The position numbers were made by a program, and so were the translations under genes. This document shows, in pieces, positions 27,225-36,064 of a stretch of DNA of 64,000 nt. The stretch covers positions 1,161 through 65,160 of the forward strand of contig JALFVM010000050.1 in the NCBI GenBank assembly GCA_022787145.1, written 5' to 3'. The notes under the pieces were generated by a model, which was not told the DNA's origin, searched no databases, and saw only the letters and a list, made by a program, of their open reading frames with translations. This stretch comes from Lachnospiraceae bacterium (GTDB lineage Bacteria > Bacillota > Clostridia > Lachnospirales > Lachnospiraceae). Numbering within the stretch: position 1 is the first letter of the stretch; every line of letters starts with the position of its first letter.

Positions 27225-27905
27225 ATGAATCGCCAAAAAGGGATAAGCGGAAGTTCCCTCAAAATGCTTGCAGCCGGCTGTATGTTTGTCGATCATCTGT
27301 ACTATCTTGTACTGAGCTGTTTCGCTCAGACCGCACTTTGTGAGAATCTTTGCAGGGGAATTGGAAGGCTTTCTTTTCCAATTTTCTGTTTTTTGCTGAC
27401 GGAAGGTTTTTCGCATACTTCCAATCGGATACGTTATGCTGCAAGGCTCTGCATTTTTGCCATACTCTCCGAATTTCCGTATGATCTCGCATTTTCTGAA
27501 ACTTTTTCCTTTCTGCATTCTCAGAATATATTTTTTACACTGCTGATTGGACTTCTGGTTTTATGGGGAATGCAATATTTTTCCGGAAAATATTGCATTC
27601 AAGCAGGTGTGTGTATGCTTGGAGCTGCCGTCTGTGTTCTGTTTGAGTGTGACTATGGATGGCAGGGAATCCTGTTGATTGCAGTTTTATTTTTCTTTCA
27701 TCACGATTCTTTTTCTATGACAATCGCCGGAATTTCTGTGTGTCTGCTGTGGTCATGGGAGGCCGCTTTTGCATTTTTCCCCATTCACCTGTACAATAAA
27801 CAGAGGGGCTGGATGAACAGCCCCTCTGCAAAATATGCCTTTTATTTCTTTTATCCTCTCCATCTTCTGATTCTGGTCTGGATACAAAAATTTCTGTGTA
27901 CTTAA
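27225..27905 (+). CDS. TraX family membrane protein
   Basis: 226-aa polytopic protein with a TraX-type N-terminus (LKMLAAGCMFVDHL). GGAGGA RBS. Confidence 0.75.
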   Translation: MNRQKGISGSSLKMLAAGCMFVDHLYYLVLSCFAQTALCENLCRGIGRLSFPIFCFLLTEGFSHTSNRIRYAARLCIFAILSEFPYDLAFSETFSFLHSQNIFFTLLIGLLVLWGMQYFSGKYCIQAGVCMLGAAVCVLFECDYGWQGILLIAVLFFFHHDSFSMTIAGISVCLLWSWEAAFAFFPIHLYNKQRGWMNSPSAKYAFYFFYPLHLLILVWIQKFLCT

Positions 27906-28567
27906 TATTTTTGAGTAACCTCACCGGCTTTCTTATAAATACTGTCTGCCGGAATACATCCTCGGACAGAAGAAAGCGGATAAATATTGCTGTTGCGTCC
28001 GATCACAGTTCCAGGATTCAGCACGGAACCGCATCCGACTTCTACGTTGTCTCCAATCATCGCACCAAATTTTTTGATTCCCGTCTCGATGGATTCCTGG
28101 TCTCCTTTGACAACAACCAGTTTTTTATCTGATTTCACATTGGAACAAATAGAACCTGCTCCCATATGCGCTTTGTATCCCAATACGGAATCCCCAACAT
28201 AATTGTAATGAGGCACCTGCACTTTATTAAACAATACACAGTTCTTCAGCTCTGTGGAATTGCCAACAACAGCACCTTCTCCCACAATCGCATTGCCGCG
28301 GATAAATGCACAGTGGCGCACTTCTGCGTCTTTTCCAATAATTGCCGGTCCGTTAATAAAAGCTGTCGGAGCAACCGAAGCAGATTTTGCAATCCACACG
28401 TTTTCTCCCTTTAATTCATACTCATCCGGATCCAGTGTCTTACCCAGTTTCAGAATAAACTCTTTAATCTCAGGAAGAACTTCCCAGGGATACGTCTTTC
28501 CCTCAAAAAGTTCTGCCGCAATCGTCTCATTTAAATCCAGTAACTTTTCAATCGTATAATTTTTCAT
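27902..28567 (-). CDS. Left-handed beta-helix (hexapeptide-repeat) transferase-family protein
   Basis: Repeated [LIV]-G-x4 hexapeptides (IIGKDAEV, IVGEGAVVGNS, IGDNVEVGCGS). The ATG at 28567 (MKNYTIEKL) has AGGAG upstream. The longer ORF-track start overlaps topB. Confidence 0.65.
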   Translation of the reverse strand: MKNYTIEKLLDLNETIAAELFEGKTYPWEVLPEIKEFILKLGKTLDPDEYELKGENVWIAKSASVAPTAFINGPAIIGKDAEVRHCAFIRGNAIVGEGAVVGNSTELKNCVLFNKVQVPHYNYVGDSVLGYKAHMGAGSICSNVKSDKKLVVVKGDQESIETGIKKFGAMIGDNVEVGCGSVLNPGTVIGRNSNIYPLSSVRGCIPADSIYKKAGEVTQKY

Positions 28568-28580
28568 CTTATTCACTCCT

Positions 28581-30578
28581 CTACTTTTTATAATTTTTTG
28601 CCGCCGCATCATAAAAGCGCCGCAGCTCATACTGGTTGTTGAGCCTCATCACACTCTGCGTATGACGCGCGATAAAATTCTCCAGCTTTTCCATATACTC
28701 CTCTGAAGTAATATCACCATCTGCCACATAAGTCAATCCTTTTTCCCAGCTGGCTGTCAATTCCGGATTCAGCAGCGACCGAATGGAATGATCAACCACA
28801 TCAAACACCATCTCACCGAGCAGTGTTGGCGTAATGACCTGTGTTTTTTTGTTCAATGCCAGATATTCGATTGTCACCAGTTTTTTGAGAATTTCTGCCC
28901 TTGTGGCACTGGTACCAATTCCACTTCCCTTAATCTGCGCACGCAATTCCTCATCCTCAATCAGCTGTCCTGCATTTTCCATAGCCAGAATCATAGAACC
29001 GGAATTGTAGCGTTTTGGAGGGGAAGTCTCACCCTCCTTTACCTGCAGCGTTTTCACCGGCAGCACACAATTCTTTTTGAGTTTTTGCAGCGCGGCCAGT
29101 AATTTTTCATCGCAGGAATCCTCCTGATTTTCTTCTCCGTCTGCTTCTTTCTTTTTTGAGAACGAATTCGGCACAACTTTCAGATACCCCGGCTCCATCA
29201 GCACACGAAAGGAAGAGAAAAAACGCTCCTCTTTTATCTTAGTGACCACAGATACTTTTTGATACACAGCAGGAGGATAAAAAATACTAAGAAACCGTCT
29301 CACAATCGTCTCATATACACGCTGAGACCTCTGACTAAGTCCCTGCAATGTGCCAAGCCCCTGCCCCGTCGGGATGATGGCATAATGGTCTGTGACCTGC
29401 TTATCATTGACATACTTGGTGGAAGCAATCTTCTTATAGGTTCCCATCGCAAGCACCTCCTCTGCAAGATTGCTGCACACACCATATCCTCGAAGTCCTG
29501 CAAGATTCTTATAAATGACTTTTGCCACTGCACTCGAAAGAACACGCGCGTCTGTACGGGGATAAGTGACCAGTTTCTTCTCGTACAGTTCCTGCACAAC
29601 CCGAAGCGTCTCATCGGGGCTGATTTTAAACAGCTTGGAACATACATTCTGAAGCTCCGCCAGATTAAACAGAAGCGGTGGATTTTTCTTTTCTTTTCGC
29701 TTTTCCACCTGCTCTACCAGAGCTTCCACGGGTGATGGTTCTTCCAGATAAGCAATTAATCCCTCGGCATCTTCTCTCTTTAGAAAACCATTGTCTTTGT
29801 AAAGCTTTGGCGATTGAAAATATCGGCTGCCTTCCACAGCTTTCCATTCTCCGTCAAAACTGCTCTCCTCCAGCGCAAGCGTTCCAATGACACGGTAAAA
29901 CGGCGTTTTCACAAACTCCCGAATTTCCCGTTCTCTTCGCACCACCATGCCAAGTACACAGGTCATAACCCTGCCCACGGACACCGGCTGATATTTCGTC
30001 TTTCTGTAATTCGCAATGCTGTTTCCATATTTCAATGTTAAAAGTCTGGAAAAATTGATTCCCATCAGATAATCTTCCTTTGCACGTAAATATGCGGAAG
30101 CCGAAAGATTGTCGTACTCTGACAAATCCTTCGCCTCCCGTATTCCACGCAAAATTTCTTCTTCTGTTTGTGAATCAATCCAGACTCTTTTTCTCTGTTT
30201 TCCTTTTACCTGTGCCATCTGCTCAACCAACCGGTAGATATACTCTCCCTCACGTCCAGAGTCGGTACACACGTAAATGGTATCAATATCTTTTCTGTTC
30301 AAAAGTCCGCTGACAATCTCAAACTGCTTTTTCACAGAAGGTATGACCTCATATTTAAACTCTTTCGGCAAAAAAGGCAGGGTATCGAGACTCCACCTTT
30401 TTAACCTTGCATCATATTTTTCAGGATAACTCATGGTGACCAGATGCCCAACGCACCAGGTCACCACAGCTGATTCAGATTCCAGATAACCGTCCTGGCG
30501 TCTGGCATTTACCTTCAAAGCTTTGGCAAATTCCTGTGCCACACTCGGCTTCTCTGCTATGTATAGAGATTTTGACAT
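28581..30578 (-). CDS. topB: DNA topoisomerase III
   Basis: Toprim N-terminus LYIAEKPSVA, type IA topoisomerase domains, about 665 aa. The ATG at 30578 lies directly after the upstream stop. The ORF-track start at 30593 is a GTG. Confidence 0.88.
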   Translation of the reverse strand: MSKSLYIAEKPSVAQEFAKALKVNARRQDGYLESESAVVTWCVGHLVTMSYPEKYDARLKRWSLDTLPFLPKEFKYEVIPSVKKQFEIVSGLLNRKDIDTIYVCTDSGREGEYIYRLVEQMAQVKGKQRKRVWIDSQTEEEILRGIREAKDLSEYDNLSASAYLRAKEDYLMGINFSRLLTLKYGNSIANYRKTKYQPVSVGRVMTCVLGMVVRREREIREFVKTPFYRVIGTLALEESSFDGEWKAVEGSRYFQSPKLYKDNGFLKREDAEGLIAYLEEPSPVEALVEQVEKRKEKKNPPLLFNLAELQNVCSKLFKISPDETLRVVQELYEKKLVTYPRTDARVLSSAVAKVIYKNLAGLRGYGVCSNLAEEVLAMGTYKKIASTKYVNDKQVTDHYAIIPTGQGLGTLQGLSQRSQRVYETIVRRFLSIFYPPAVYQKVSVVTKIKEERFFSSFRVLMEPGYLKVVPNSFSKKKEADGEENQEDSCDEKLLAALQKLKKNCVLPVKTLQVKEGETSPPKRYNSGSMILAMENAGQLIEDEELRAQIKGSGIGTSATRAEILKKLVTIEYLALNKKTQVITPTLLGEMVFDVVDHSIRSLLNPELTASWEKGLTYVADGDITSEEYMEKLENFIARHTQSVMRLNNQYELRRFYDAAAKNYKK

Positions 30579-30579
30579 A

Positions 30580-31335
30580 CTACTTATCTGCACTCATCTT
30601 TCTAAGCGGCCATGCCAGAAGGACTGCACCGCCAATCATATTTCCAATTGTTACGATAACCATGCTCTTGATAATCGCACCTACAGATAATCCCGGAACC
30701 AGACAGCAGCATACAGTAAAGATACTCATGTTTGCGATACAGTGCTCAAATCCGCTTACTACGAATCCGCTGATACACAGCACGATCATACAGAATTTTG
30801 CGCTTTCGCTTTTCAGTTTAACACCGCATGCAACAGCCAGACATACAAAGAAATTACAAAGAATCGCTCTGAAAAACATCTGTCCGGTAGGAATGGAAAG
30901 TTTGTTTCCAATAAATCCTGCAAAGTAGTCTGCAGTTCCTGACGCACCTGCAAATACAAAAATCAGTGAGAAAATCAGACATCCCACAAAATTTCCAATA
31001 TAACTTACTATCCATACTTTGCCAACCTGACCCCAGCTGACTTTTCCATCGTAAGCACCAAATGCCATCACAAGGTTATTTCCTGTAAACAACTCGCTTC
31101 CGATAAACACAATCAAAAGCACTGCAATGGAGAACACGAGAGCTCCCAGGAACTTGCCCATGGCCGGATCTGCTTCTTTGAATACATTGCCTACTACATT
31201 GGAGAAAATCATAGCAACAGAGATAAAGAATCCTGCCATGATTGCCCGGAGAAAATACTTACCAAAGTTATTCTCCAGAAGTGCCGCCTTTCCAGCAGCC
31301 GCGTTTGAAAATTTTTGCACGTCTTCGTAATTCAT
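30580..31335 (-). CDS. Formate/nitrite transporter (FNT) family channel
   Basis: About 250 aa with 6 TM segments and FNT-type motifs (LFTGN, GNMIGG). The ATG at 31335 has AAGGAG 8 nt upstream. Confidence 0.82.
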   Translation of the reverse strand: MNYEDVQKFSNAAAGKAALLENNFGKYFLRAIMAGFFISVAMIFSNVVGNVFKEADPAMGKFLGALVFSIAVLLIVFIGSELFTGNNLVMAFGAYDGKVSWGQVGKVWIVSYIGNFVGCLIFSLIFVFAGASGTADYFAGFIGNKLSIPTGQMFFRAILCNFFVCLAVACGVKLKSESAKFCMIVLCISGFVVSGFEHCIANMSIFTVCCCLVPGLSVGAIIKSMVIVTIGNMIGGAVLLAWPLRKMSADK

Positions 31336-31477
31336 AGATTGATCTCCTTTCTCAATCAAAAGGATATACTCTGAATACTATTTTTTGTTGTTTACAGAAT
31401 ATATCCTCCCCCTAAAATTAACTTAATGACATTTTAACAAAAATCGTTCAATTCTTCAACCCTTTCTGTCAGATATA

Positions 31478-31520
31478 ACAAAAAAATAAGGCAGAGCCAC
31501 CGCATTCTGCGGCGGCTCAC
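31478..31520 (-). terminator. Rho-independent terminator of asd
   Basis: Minus-strand stem GAGCCGCCGCAGAATGCGGTGGCTC followed by TGCCTTATTTTTTTG. Confidence 0.75.
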
Positions 31521-31542
31521 GCCTGTATCCCATTCCTTTTGC

Positions 31543-32628
31543 TTATTTGGGCTGAATGAATCCTTTTGCTTTCAATGTCTCTGCGCAGAGAACAGCACCG
31601 CCAGCTGCACCACGAACAGTATTATGAGAAAGTCCGATAAATTTGTAATCATATACGGTATCTTCTCTCAGACGTCCGATGGATACGCCCATTCCACGCT
31701 CATAGTTTACATCCTCATAAACCTGCGGACGGTTGTCCTCTTCCAGATACTGGATAAACTGCTTCGGTGCGCTTGGAAGCTCCAATTCCTGAGGAAGTCC
31801 CTTGAAATCTCTCAGTGCCTGAATCAACTGCTCTTTCGTTGGTTTCTTTCTGAATTTTACAAATACGGCTGCTGTATGTCCGTTCAGTACAGGGACACGT
31901 ACACACTGGCAGGTGATGACTGGCTCTGCAGCCGGTACAATCACGCCATCTTTGATCTCGCCCCAAAGTCTAAGTGGCTCTTTCTCGCTCTTCTCTTCCT
32001 CACCGCCGATGTAAGGAATGATGTTGTGTTCCATCTCCGGCCAGTCTTTGAATGTTTTTCCAGCTCCGGAAATTGCCTGATAAGTCGTTGCAACTACTTC
32101 GTATGGCTCAAACTCTTTCCATGCAGTCAGAACCGGCGCATAGCTCTGAATCGAACAGTTTGGTTTTACTGCAATAAATCCACGTGTTGTTCCCAGACGT
32201 TTTTTCTGGAATTCAATGACGTCAAAATGCTGTGGGTTGATTTCCGGCACTACCATCGGAACATCCGGAGTCCATCTGTGTGCGCTGTTGTTGGAGACAA
32301 CCGGTGTCTCTGTCTTTGCGTACTCTTCCTCAATTGCCTTAATCTCCTCTTTGCTCATATCAACAGCAGAGAATACAAAATCAACGGTAGCCGCAACTTT
32401 CTCTACCTCATTTACGTTCATAACAACAATATTTTTTACAGCTTCCGGCATCGGAGTGTCCATTTTCCATCTTCCGCCCACAGCCTCTTCATATGTTTTT
32501 CCTGCACTTCTTGCACTTGCTGCCAGAGTTACTACCTCAAACCATGGATGTCCATCCAACAGAGAGATAAATCTCTGACCTACCATACCAGTTGCTCCTA
32601 AAATACCTACTCTTAACTTCTCACTCAT
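31543..32628 (-). CDS. asd: Aspartate-semialdehyde dehydrogenase
   Basis: 361 aa. N-terminal ILGATGMVGQR NAD(P) fold and an Asd-type C-terminal dimerisation domain. Confidence 0.9.
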   Translation of the reverse strand: MSEKLRVGILGATGMVGQRFISLLDGHPWFEVVTLAASARSAGKTYEEAVGGRWKMDTPMPEAVKNIVVMNVNEVEKVAATVDFVFSAVDMSKEEIKAIEEEYAKTETPVVSNNSAHRWTPDVPMVVPEINPQHFDVIEFQKKRLGTTRGFIAVKPNCSIQSYAPVLTAWKEFEPYEVVATTYQAISGAGKTFKDWPEMEHNIIPYIGGEEEKSEKEPLRLWGEIKDGVIVPAAEPVITCQCVRVPVLNGHTAAVFVKFRKKPTKEQLIQALRDFKGLPQELELPSAPKQFIQYLEEDNRPQVYEDVNYERGMGVSIGRLREDTVYDYKFIGLSHNTVRGAAGGAVLCAETLKAKGFIQPK

Positions 32629-32760
32629 GCCTTTCTTTCTCCTCTATCTTTTTTGCCGCAGACATACAGGGAGTTTTTTCTTCTTTTGTCCTTGTACCGC
32701 AAACATTTGTCTTCCTTGAACAATACTATCTCATATTCTCCAAAAAATCAACACTTTTTT

Positions 32761-34140
32761 CTAATTTTCTTCTAAATACTTTTTATTCACAGCAATGATC
32801 TGCTTCATAGCCTCCTGTCCAGGTGCACCAATTGTTGTTCTCTTCTCCACACAGGTCTTCATGCTGATTGCCTCATAGATATCCTCCCGGAATACAGGGC
32901 TGATCTTCTGATACTCCTCTAAAGACATCTCATCCAGAGAAATTCCCTTGTCGATGCAGTATAATACCAGCTGCCCCACAATGCCATGCGCATCACGGAA
33001 GGCCACACCATGATTTACCAGATAATCTGCTGCATCCGTTGCATTCGTAAATCCATTTTTCGCACTGTCTTCCATGCGGTTTTTATTGAAGGTCATGGTA
33101 GAAATCATACCAGTAAACAGTGCCAGACATCCTTTTACCGTGTCAATGGCATCAAAAGTCAGTTCTTTATCCTCCTGCATATCTTTGTTGTATGCAAGCG
33201 GAATTCCCTTCATAGTTGTAAGCATCGACATCAATGCACCGTAAACACGACCAGTCTTTCCGCGCACCAGCTCTGCAATATCCGGATTTTTCTTCTGAGG
33301 CATAATGGAGCTTCCGGTGCTGTAAGCATCGTCAATCTCCACAAACTGATATTCATTCGTATTCCAGATAATCACTTCCTCACTAAAACGGCTCAGATGC
33401 ATCATAATTGTGGATAGTGCGGATAAAAATTCAATCAGATAATCACGGTCCGATACAGAGTCCATGCTGTTTAACGTTGCGCTGTCAAAATCCAGCAATT
33501 CTGCAGTATATTCTCTGTCCAGCGGATAAGTCGTTCCGGCCAGGGCTCCAGAGCCAAGTGGACACGTATTCATTCTCTTGTAAATATCTGCCATGCGGCT
33601 TCTGTCACGCTTAAACATCTCAAAATAAGCACCCATGTGGTGTGCCAGTGTGATTGGCTGTGCCTTCTGCAGGTGTGTAAATCCAGGCATAAACGTATCC
33701 AGATTCTCTTCCATGATCTTGAGTAATTCTTCCAGAAGGGATTTTAAAAGAGCATCGACCTCCAAAATCTCATCTCTTGTATAAAGTTTCATATCAAGAG
33801 CCACCTGGTCATTACGGCTTCTTCCTGTGTGAAGCTTTTTGCCCGGTTCACCGATACGGTCAATCAAATTCGCCTCAACAAAGCTGTGAATATCCTCATA
33901 TTTGTCACTGATTTCCAGACGTCCCTCCTGTACATCCTTCAAAATTCCCTGCAGTCCCCCGATAATCTGCTTTTTCTCTTCTTCTGTCAGGATTCCCTGC
34001 TTTGCCAGCATCGTCACATGAGCAATGCTGCCTCGGATGTCCTGCTGATAAAATTTCTTATCAAATGAAATGGATGCATTAAAATTGTACACCAACTGAT
34101 CGGTTTCTTTTGTGAAACGACCTCCCCATAACTGTGCCAT
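32761..34140 (-). CDS. argH: Argininosuccinate lyase
   Basis: LWGGRF N-terminus and fumarase/lyase signature [12 protein letters not shown]. The ATG at 34140 lies 6 nt after AAGAGGA; the ORF-track start at 34146 abuts the RBS. Confidence 0.93.
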   Translation of the reverse strand: MAQLWGGRFTKETDQLVYNFNASISFDKKFYQQDIRGSIAHVTMLAKQGILTEEEKKQIIGGLQGILKDVQEGRLEISDKYEDIHSFVEANLIDRIGEPGKKLHTGRSRNDQVALDMKLYTRDEILEVDALLKSLLEELLKIMEENLDTFMPGFTHLQKAQPITLAHHMGAYFEMFKRDRSRMADIYKRMNTCPLGSGALAGTTYPLDREYTAELLDFDSATLNSMDSVSDRDYLIEFLSALSTIMMHLSRFSEEVIIWNTNEYQFVEIDDAYSTGSSIMPQKKNPDIAELVRGKTGRVYGALMSMLTTMKGIPLAYNKDMQEDKELTFDAIDTVKGCLALFTGMISTMTFNKNRMEDSAKNGFTNATDAADYLVNHGVAFRDAHGIVGQLVLYCIDKGISLDEMSLEEYQKISPVFREDIYEAISMKTCVEKRTTIGAPGQEAMKQIIAVNKKYLEEN

Positions 34141-34194
34141 AATCATTCCTCTTTTCTCTTATATTTTCAGACTTGCTTTAGTCTACCACGAAAT

Positions 34195-34225
34195 AAGGAT
34201 GCAGTCAAAGGTTGACTGCATCCTT
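34195..34225 (-). terminator. Hairpin terminator after the FN3-domain gene
   Basis: 14-bp perfect stem AAGGATGCAGTCAA / TTGACTGCATCCTT with a 3-nt loop. The U-tract on the minus strand is weak, and the T-run on the plus strand is strong. Confidence 0.55.
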
Positions 34226-34238
34226 ATGAATTTTTTAT

Positions 34239-35183
34239 TTATCGATACGTATAATATAATCGAATGGTATAATAATAGTCCTTTTGCGACTGATACGTTT
34301 TGCTTCCCACCTTCTTGTTCGCAAGCACTTTAATCTGATAGTTGGAACCAATCTTCATTCCCTTTACTGTATAAGACAACGCTGTTGTGGTCGCCACCTT
34401 CGAAAACGAACTGGCACCCGGTTTTTTCAGATAAACAGAATAACTGCTCGCACCATACGTCTTTGCCCATTTTACAGTCATACTGCTTTTTGTATTTGAT
34501 TTTTTCTGAATCTTTGGCTGTGAAGCGATATAAGTCGTGATACTGTCTGTTGCGGCATAGATCTTATTATCCACTTTGACAAATGGAGCAATGGTCACTT
34601 TGTAAAAACAATTACCGGAAAGCGCAACAGAAAATGATTTATAACCAGACGCATATTTCGTTGTACTTTTTCCTGTTTTGTAATTCTTATAAGTCACCTT
34701 ATAGCCATCCACATTTGCCCCAGGATTTTTCATGTAAAAAGTACATCCTTTGCTGCCAAATGAGAATTTTGACAGGGATACTTTCTTTGGAGCAGTCCAT
34801 ACATAAATAGCCCTGTAATATCCACACCAGTCTGACGAATTGTAAGCAAATACACGAACTGCATACTTTTTATCCGCCTTTAAACCTGTAATTCTTACAC
34901 TCGTTTTCGCCGTAGCTCCCAAAGTATCATAGTTTTTTCCCCCATCTGAGGATAATTCCACCTGGTATTCCTGCGCTCCGCTGACCGCTCCCCAGGCAAC
35001 TGTTACACTTGTCGTTGTCGCAGCCGTCTGCTTCATATAAGATGGTTTCGGAAGTGTTTGCTTCGTCTCATTTGTCACAGTCAAATCGTTTTTTGCTGCC
35101 CACACAGCGGTTGACATGCCAAACAGCAATCCCATACAGATTCCTAAAACAAGCCATACTTTCTTCATTTTTTTCTTTTCCAT
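34239..35183 (-). CDS. Secreted fibronectin type III domain-containing protein
   Basis: Signal peptide MEKKKMKKVWLVLGICMGLLFGMSTAVWA (ATG at 35183, GGAGG RBS). Two or more FN3-like modules (VTVAWGAVSGAQEYQV, MTVKWAKTYGASSYSVY). Confidence 0.7.
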   Translation of the reverse strand: MEKKKMKKVWLVLGICMGLLFGMSTAVWAAKNDLTVTNETKQTLPKPSYMKQTAATTTSVTVAWGAVSGAQEYQVELSSDGGKNYDTLGATAKTSVRITGLKADKKYAVRVFAYNSSDWCGYYRAIYVWTAPKKVSLSKFSFGSKGCTFYMKNPGANVDGYKVTYKNYKTGKSTTKYASGYKSFSVALSGNCFYKVTIAPFVKVDNKIYAATDSITTYIASQPKIQKKSNTKSSMTVKWAKTYGASSYSVYLKKPGASSFSKVATTTALSYTVKGMKIGSNYQIKVLANKKVGSKTYQSQKDYYYTIRLYYTYR

Positions 35184-35333
35184 ACATACCTCCTGTCTGC
35201 AATTTTCAAAGTTCCCCGAATCTGTTTTCACTCCTTTTTTATGGGGCACTTTCCTACCGCATCCCTTGCATATTTGTAAAAACAGCATATCATAATGTCA
35301 GACTTTTAGCAAGCATAGTTTTTATTTTTCATC

Positions 35334-35951
35334 TCATTCCTCTTTTTGTCTGGAAAACACACATCCACAATAATTTTGTCTATACAAATCGTATTCTGAA
35401 GAAAGCTGTATCGAGCGCTTATAGCCTTCTTTCTTTTTAAAATCAGATGGAAGCCACGCAACGCCCCATTTTTCGCCCATCTCCATAGCCACCTGCGCCA
35501 GAACCTGTGCATTTTTGAGGGGACTGATGCTCAAAGTTGTCGTGTAATAATCATATCCGCCCTCTGCCGCCAGACGGGCCGCCTCCTCCAGACGCAACTC
35601 AAAACATACACGGCATCTTGCGCCACCCTCCGGTTCTTTCTCCAACCCTCTGACTCTGCTGTAAAATTCTTCCGGTTCGTAGCGTCCTTCCAAAAACTGA
35701 ATCGGATACACAGCCGGAAGCTGTTCAATCAGACGCTTTTGTTCCTCCACACGCTTTCGATATTCTTCCTCCGGTGCAATATTGGGATTAAAATAAAAAA
35801 CGGTAATCGCAAAATGCTCAGACAGATATTCCAGCACATAACTGCTGCAGGGTGCACAACAACTGTGCAAAAACAGGCGGGGGACTTCTTTTGTCTGTTC
35901 CAGTTTTTCAATCAGTTTATCCAGTTCCTTCTGGTAATTTACTTTATTCAT
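35334..35951 (-). CDS. queH: Epoxyqueuosine reductase QueH
   Basis: 205 aa. DUF208/QueH Cys motifs LHSCCAPCS and YCGCVFS. Confidence 0.85.
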   Translation of the reverse strand: MNKVNYQKELDKLIEKLEQTKEVPRLFLHSCCAPCSSYVLEYLSEHFAITVFYFNPNIAPEEEYRKRVEEQKRLIEQLPAVYPIQFLEGRYEPEEFYSRVRGLEKEPEGGARCRVCFELRLEEAARLAAEGGYDYYTTTLSISPLKNAQVLAQVAMEMGEKWGVAWLPSDFKKKEGYKRSIQLSSEYDLYRQNYCGCVFSRQKEE

Positions 35952-36064
35952 TTCAATTCCTTCTTCTATTTTTCTTTTTTCTATGCGGCTATTTTACCAG
36001 ACATTGACGATAGCAGCAAATCTTTTTATAATAAACTCAGCAAAAAAATAAGGAGAACTACACC

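Noticed and set aside
27225-30593. TraX plus topoisomerase III as a remnant of a conjugative or mobile element
   Set aside because: No relaxase, T4SS, integrase/recombinase, repeats or att-like flanks are visible. The neighbours are core metabolic genes, and TraX-family genes are common chromosomal genes in Clostridia.
32629-32760. Search for T-box, riboswitch or leader elements upstream of asd, argS/degV (55816-55996) and ilvN (3595-3710)
   Set aside because: There is no specifier-loop or T-box sequence (AGGGUGGNACCGCG-like) and no convincing terminator/antiterminator alternative. The regions are short and look like ordinary promoters or intercistronic spacers.
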